Of a stretch of 64,000 bases of DNA, positions 60,475 through 64,000 are shown one piece after another. The notes under the pieces were generated by a model. The model had not been told where the DNA came from. It searched no databases and saw nothing but the letters and a program-made list of their open reading frames with translations. Origin of the DNA: an uncultured Gammaproteobacteria bacterium (GTDB lineage Bacteria; Pseudomonadota; Gammaproteobacteria; DRLM01); contig CAVXFH010000002.1 in NCBI GenBank assembly GCA_963761035.1, forward strand, positions 2,756,792 to 2,820,791. The letters run 5' to 3'. How positions within the stretch are numbered: position 1 is the first letter of the stretch; each line of letters begins with the position of its first letter. The translations under genes and the position numbers were made by a program.

Positions 60475-61770
60475 GTGCAACCCGGATATTTAAAAGCACT
60501 GATAAGCGGCTACGGCTATACCGGGTTAAATATCGTTTCACAAATCGTGCTGGTTCCACTTTATTTAAGATACCTGGGAAAGGTTCAATTTGGTGTTTTG
60601 ATGATGTTGCTGGCCTATGTCAATTACGCGGCGGTAGGGGTTAATTGGTTGACGGGGGGCTTGCTTCGAGTGTTCGGGATTCATCACTCATCGGGAAATG
60701 TGACGGCATTTTCCCAAGCATTTCATTTGGGCCGTTATATTTACGTTGGGTACGCCGTCCTATTTGGCGCGGTGATGCTGGCTGTGACATGGGTGCATCC
60801 GGGATTACTGTTCGGCCAGACAAGCGGCGAGGGGAAGATTCTATCATGGTGGGCCGAATGCGCCGCCGTTGTCTATTTGGTGTTGTTCTATGACTTGAGT
60901 ATTGACCGGGTCGCTTTGATCGCCGTCGGCAAACAACATTGGGCCTATATCCTACAGATGGGTGCTTTGCTGATCTACGTGTCAGGTGCGATCTTGCTCC
61001 TCATGATGGGCGGTGATGTGGCCGAACTTATGGCCGTCATGGCGCTGGGTGTATTTATAGTCCTAGTTTGGGCGCGGCGCATTTGGGCAGGGCTGTCTTT
61101 CGCGCCGCTGCGGGCCATAAGGCCGGATGCCGCTCATCGCATTCAGCTATTGAAGCAATTATTTGGTCGGCAAGGCGCCGGGTATCTGGTATACGGCGCT
61201 ATTGTATTGACGATGCAATCCGACGTGCTGTTTTTGGGATGGTTGGGCGGCGCGGAAGTGGCGGCGGATTACGTCGTAATGTGGAAGGCGGCCGAGGTCG
61301 CGGTGTTAATGCTCTGGAGGCTGCCGGAAGCGCTCATTCCCGATTTGATACGGGCCGATGTTACGGGCGATGAAAGACGGCTGTCGGTTTCGATTCAGAC
61401 AACGTGGCGCTGGACTTTGGGGTTATCCGCCTTGGGCGGCATTGCCTATGCCTTTCTCGGGAAGGCAGTGGTGGGTCTGTGGTTGGGCAAGGAGGCGGTT
61501 CCGGATAGTCCGCACGCATTTCAGTTGGCGGGCATTGCATTATTTATTTTGAGTTCTACACATCCCGCGGCGATTTATGCCTATGCCACTTGCCGTTTCC
61601 GCGCCCTGCTGCCCGTTGCGGGGCTCGAAATAGCCATAAAACTCGCTGTCCTTTATTGGTCGTACCCCTATTTCGGTTATCTAGCCCCCCTGGTCGGATT
61701 GATAGTCGCCAATGTCGCCGGTATCTATCTGCTCTACGGAAGATTAATGCCTAAGAGGCAAGCGGTGTGA
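60475..61770 (+). CDS. Wzx/MOP-family polysaccharide flippase-like membrane protein
   Basis: About 12 hydrophobic segments, VPLYLRYLG...FG N-terminal pattern, SD..FLG..GG..V..Y; glycan cluster context. Confidence 0.75.
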   Translation: MQPGYLKALISGYGYTGLNIVSQIVLVPLYLRYLGKVQFGVLMMLLAYVNYAAVGVNWLTGGLLRVFGIHHSSGNVTAFSQAFHLGRYIYVGYAVLFGAVMLAVTWVHPGLLFGQTSGEGKILSWWAECAAVVYLVLFYDLSIDRVALIAVGKQHWAYILQMGALLIYVSGAILLLMMGGDVAELMAVMALGVFIVLVWARRIWAGLSFAPLRAIRPDAAHRIQLLKQLFGRQGAGYLVYGAIVLTMQSDVLFLGWLGGAEVAADYVVMWKAAEVAVLMLWRLPEALIPDLIRADVTGDERRLSVSIQTTWRWTLGLSALGGIAYAFLGKAVVGLWLGKEAVPDSPHAFQLAGIALFILSSTHPAAIYAYATCRFRALLPVAGLEIAIKLAVLYWSYPYFGYLAPLVGLIVANVAGIYLLYGRLMPKRQAV

Positions 61771-62909
61771 CGCGACCGATTCGGGTAATTCACCTCATTA
61801 CCGGACTCGGTTCGGGCGGCGCGGAGATGATGCTGTGCAAGCTTTTATCGCGCATGGACGCATCTCGTTTTGAATCGATTGTCGTCTCCTTGGGAGATAT
61901 GGGTGTGGTCGGGGATGCCATAAAGTCGGCGGGTGTTCCCGTCATTTGTTTAAATATGAAAAATTATTTCGGACTGTTCTCAGGGCTCGCGAAATTGGTA
62001 GGAATTCTCAAGGCGCGGAAGCCTGATATTTTACAGACATGGCTTTATCATGCTGATTTATTGGGATTGCTGGCGGGGAAAATCGCGAGGATAGCGGTAA
62101 TCGGGTGGAATGTGCGGTGCTCTGAGCTGGAGAAGAATAACATTCCCCTATTCACCAACTTGGTGCGCCGCTTGCTGGCAAAGCTCTCTGCGACGCCAAG
62201 TTTCGTAATAATCAACTCGGAAGCCGGTCGCCGGGACCATAAGACGATAGGGTATCATCCTCGTCGCTGGGTGATGATTCCAAATGGTTTTGATACGGAT
62301 AAATTTCGTCCTGATCCCGATATACGGCGAGATGTCAGAGCCCAATTGGGCCTGACTGAAGAAACCCCGTTGATCGGACTGGTGGCGCGCTATCATCCCA
62401 TGAAGGGGCATGAAATATTCCTCAGGGCAGCCCGAGAAATAGCCGGGATGCATAAGTCGGTCAAGTTTGTCCTGGTAGGGTCCGGGGTAGACGACAATAA
62501 TTGGGTTTTAAAATCGCAGATCCATGATTTGGGGTTGAGCGAAAAAATATTTCTCATGGGATACCGTGAACATGTAGCGAATATTTTACCCGCCTTGGAC
62601 ATCATGTCGTTGACGTCATTATGGGGAGAGGGTTTCCCCAATGCCGTGGGTGAAGCCATGGCGTGCGCTGTTCCTTGTGTGGTCACCGATGTCGGGGATT
62701 GCGCGGATATCGTCGGGGATGGCGGGATTGTCGTGTCGGCAAAAGATTGGCAGGCGCTGGCAGCGGCATGGGATAAGCTGTTAGCCATGACCGATGAAGA
62801 AAGAAACCGATTGGGTCGAGCGGGGCGTGGAAGAATCGAATTGCGATATTCATTGAATCACGTGACTGAACAATATGAGCGGGTTTACGAAGAATATGCG
62901 CGCCAATAA
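61767..62909 (+). CDS. GT4 glycosyltransferase
   Basis: GLGSGGAE, QTWLYHAD, IPNGFD, ARYHPMKG, EGFPNAVGEAMAC, TDVGD. Confidence 0.93.
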   Translation: MTRPIRVIHLITGLGSGGAEMMLCKLLSRMDASRFESIVVSLGDMGVVGDAIKSAGVPVICLNMKNYFGLFSGLAKLVGILKARKPDILQTWLYHADLLGLLAGKIARIAVIGWNVRCSELEKNNIPLFTNLVRRLLAKLSATPSFVIINSEAGRRDHKTIGYHPRRWVMIPNGFDTDKFRPDPDIRRDVRAQLGLTEETPLIGLVARYHPMKGHEIFLRAAREIAGMHKSVKFVLVGSGVDDNNWVLKSQIHDLGLSEKIFLMGYREHVANILPALDIMSLTSLWGEGFPNAVGEAMACAVPCVVTDVGDCADIVGDGGIVVSAKDWQALAAAWDKLLAMTDEERNRLGRAGRGRIELRYSLNHVTEQYERVYEEYARQ

Positions 62910-63741
62910 GGATAGCCGTGTGGTGAACGGTTTTGGCGACGAATGGACGCGCTTTCCACAGGATGCGCTTGATGATGAAGAGCGCCAACGCATCTATAAT
63001 GACTATTTTAAGATCTTTCCTTGGGAGAAATTGCCAAGAGAAGCGGTGGGCGCGGATATCGGATGCGGCAGCGGGAGATGGGCCTTGGTAGTGGCGCCCA
63101 GGGTTTCTCATCTGCACGTCGTTGATGCCAGTGTGGAGGCGCTAGGCGTCGCCAAAAAGAACTTGGCCAGGCAACCCAATGTGAGTTTTCATCATGCCAG
63201 TGTCGATGATCTGCCGCTGGGTGAGCAATCGTTGGATTTTGCGTACTCGCTTGGCGTGCTTCATCATGTTCCTGATACTGCGGCGGCATTGAGGTCGATC
63301 GCCGGAAAATTAAAGCCGGGTTCACCGTTTCTTGTTTATCTATATTATGCATTTGATAACCGGCCGATCTGGTTCAGATTGCTGTGGAACATTTCCGACA
63401 AGCTCCGTTACGGTATAAGCCGGCTGCCGATGAATATTCGTTATCTGCTGAGCCAAATCATCGCATTTTTGGTCTATTGGCCATTGGCGCGCTTGGCCAT
63501 GATTTTGGAAAAGGTCGGAATTCTCCCGAGCGCTTGGCCATTGGCCTATTACCGCGATAAGTCCCTCTATGTTATGCGTACGGATGCCCTTGACCGGTTT
63601 GGAACGCGCCTGGAGCAGCGCTTTTCGCGAGATGAAATCGTGACCATGTTAGAAGAAGCGGGATTCACCGATATACGGTTTTCCTCGGAGCCGCCTTATT
63701 GGTGCGCAGTGGCGATGAACGCTGCGGCACGGCCGGGTTAA
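62896..63741 (+). CDS. Class I SAM-dependent methyltransferase
   Basis: GFGDEW, DIGCGSGRW, YSLGVLHH, LKPG. Confidence 0.9.
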   Translation: MRANKDSRVVNGFGDEWTRFPQDALDDEERQRIYNDYFKIFPWEKLPREAVGADIGCGSGRWALVVAPRVSHLHVVDASVEALGVAKKNLARQPNVSFHHASVDDLPLGEQSLDFAYSLGVLHHVPDTAAALRSIAGKLKPGSPFLVYLYYAFDNRPIWFRLLWNISDKLRYGISRLPMNIRYLLSQIIAFLVYWPLARLAMILEKVGILPSAWPLAYYRDKSLYVMRTDALDRFGTRLEQRFSRDEIVTMLEEAGFTDIRFSSEPPYWCAVAMNAAARPG

Positions 63742-63752
63742 AGGTTTCCGCC

Positions 63753-64000
63753 ATGTGTGGTTTAGCAGGTTGGATCGGCAGCGCGCCGTCACGGGATATC
63801 GCCGGGATGCAGTCATCTTTGCGCGCGATGTGCAATTCTATCCGTCATCGCGGACCGGATGATGACGGCGCGTGGATCGATTCTGCGGCGGGTATTGCGT
63901 TGGGGCATCGGCGCTTATCCATCCTTGATCTTTCCCCGGAAGGACATCAGCCGATGGCATCGGCGTCGGGGCGGTATGTGGTCGCCTTCAATGGAGAGAT
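63753..64000 (+). CDS. asnB: Asparagine synthase (glutamine-hydrolysing) family amidotransferase, 3' truncated
   Basis: Not in ORF track; read directly: MCGLAG...HRGPDDDG...LGHRRLSILDLSPEGHQPM...FNGE. Confidence 0.93.
   Translation, partial: MCGLAGWIGSAPSRDIAGMQSSLRAMCNSIRHRGPDDDGAWIDSAAGIALGHRRLSILDLSPEGHQPMASASGRYVVAFNGE

Overview
Bacterial chromosomal window, probably from a gammaproteobacterium (inferred from gene order and gene content). It has three zones. (1) 1-20.3 kb: the 3' part of ispF, a divergent PCu(A)C-SCO / RegB-RegA copper-redox module with a perfect RegA-type box, truD, a DAHP synthase, aguA-aguB, a GGDEF cyclase with an apparent sigma54 promoter and FleQ-like boxes facing an orphan GspE/PilB ATPase, hopanoid/squalene genes hpnCDE, rmuC, a mupP-like HAD, ubiG, an mtaD-like deaminase, an OmpA-domain gene and mtnA. 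(2) 20.5-35.9 kb: the conserved gyrA-serC-serA-pheA-aroF-tyrA-aroA-cmk-rpsA-ihfB-lapA-lapB-pyrF-comEA block, without hisC. (3) 36.1-64 kb: a large surface-glycan locus with manC, rmlBDCA, a MarR-EPS regulator, wzm/wzt, many glycosyl- and methyltransferases, a Wzx-like flippase and the start of asnB; much of it is visibly AT-richer. Strongest observation: a multidomain glycan enzyme (GT2-GT2-DUF115/sialyltransferase-like-FkbM-2TM) continues through a 12 x 21-bp tandem repeat (QLSSKQD heptads) into a C-terminal methyltransferase once two 1-nt deletions in the repeat are restored. It is a candidate all-in-one polymerase/terminator with a repeat-encoded coiled-coil ruler. Second: a CMP-sugar synthetase with no NeuB/KdsA in the window, accompanied by an SDR, a lactonase-like MBL and a 2-hydroxyacid dehydrogenase, suggesting an oxidative route to an unusual ulosonic acid. 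No tRNA, rRNA, CRISPR array or intact transposase was seen. All calls come from reading motifs by eye; no database search was run. Several starts were moved from the ORF track to better-supported codons.
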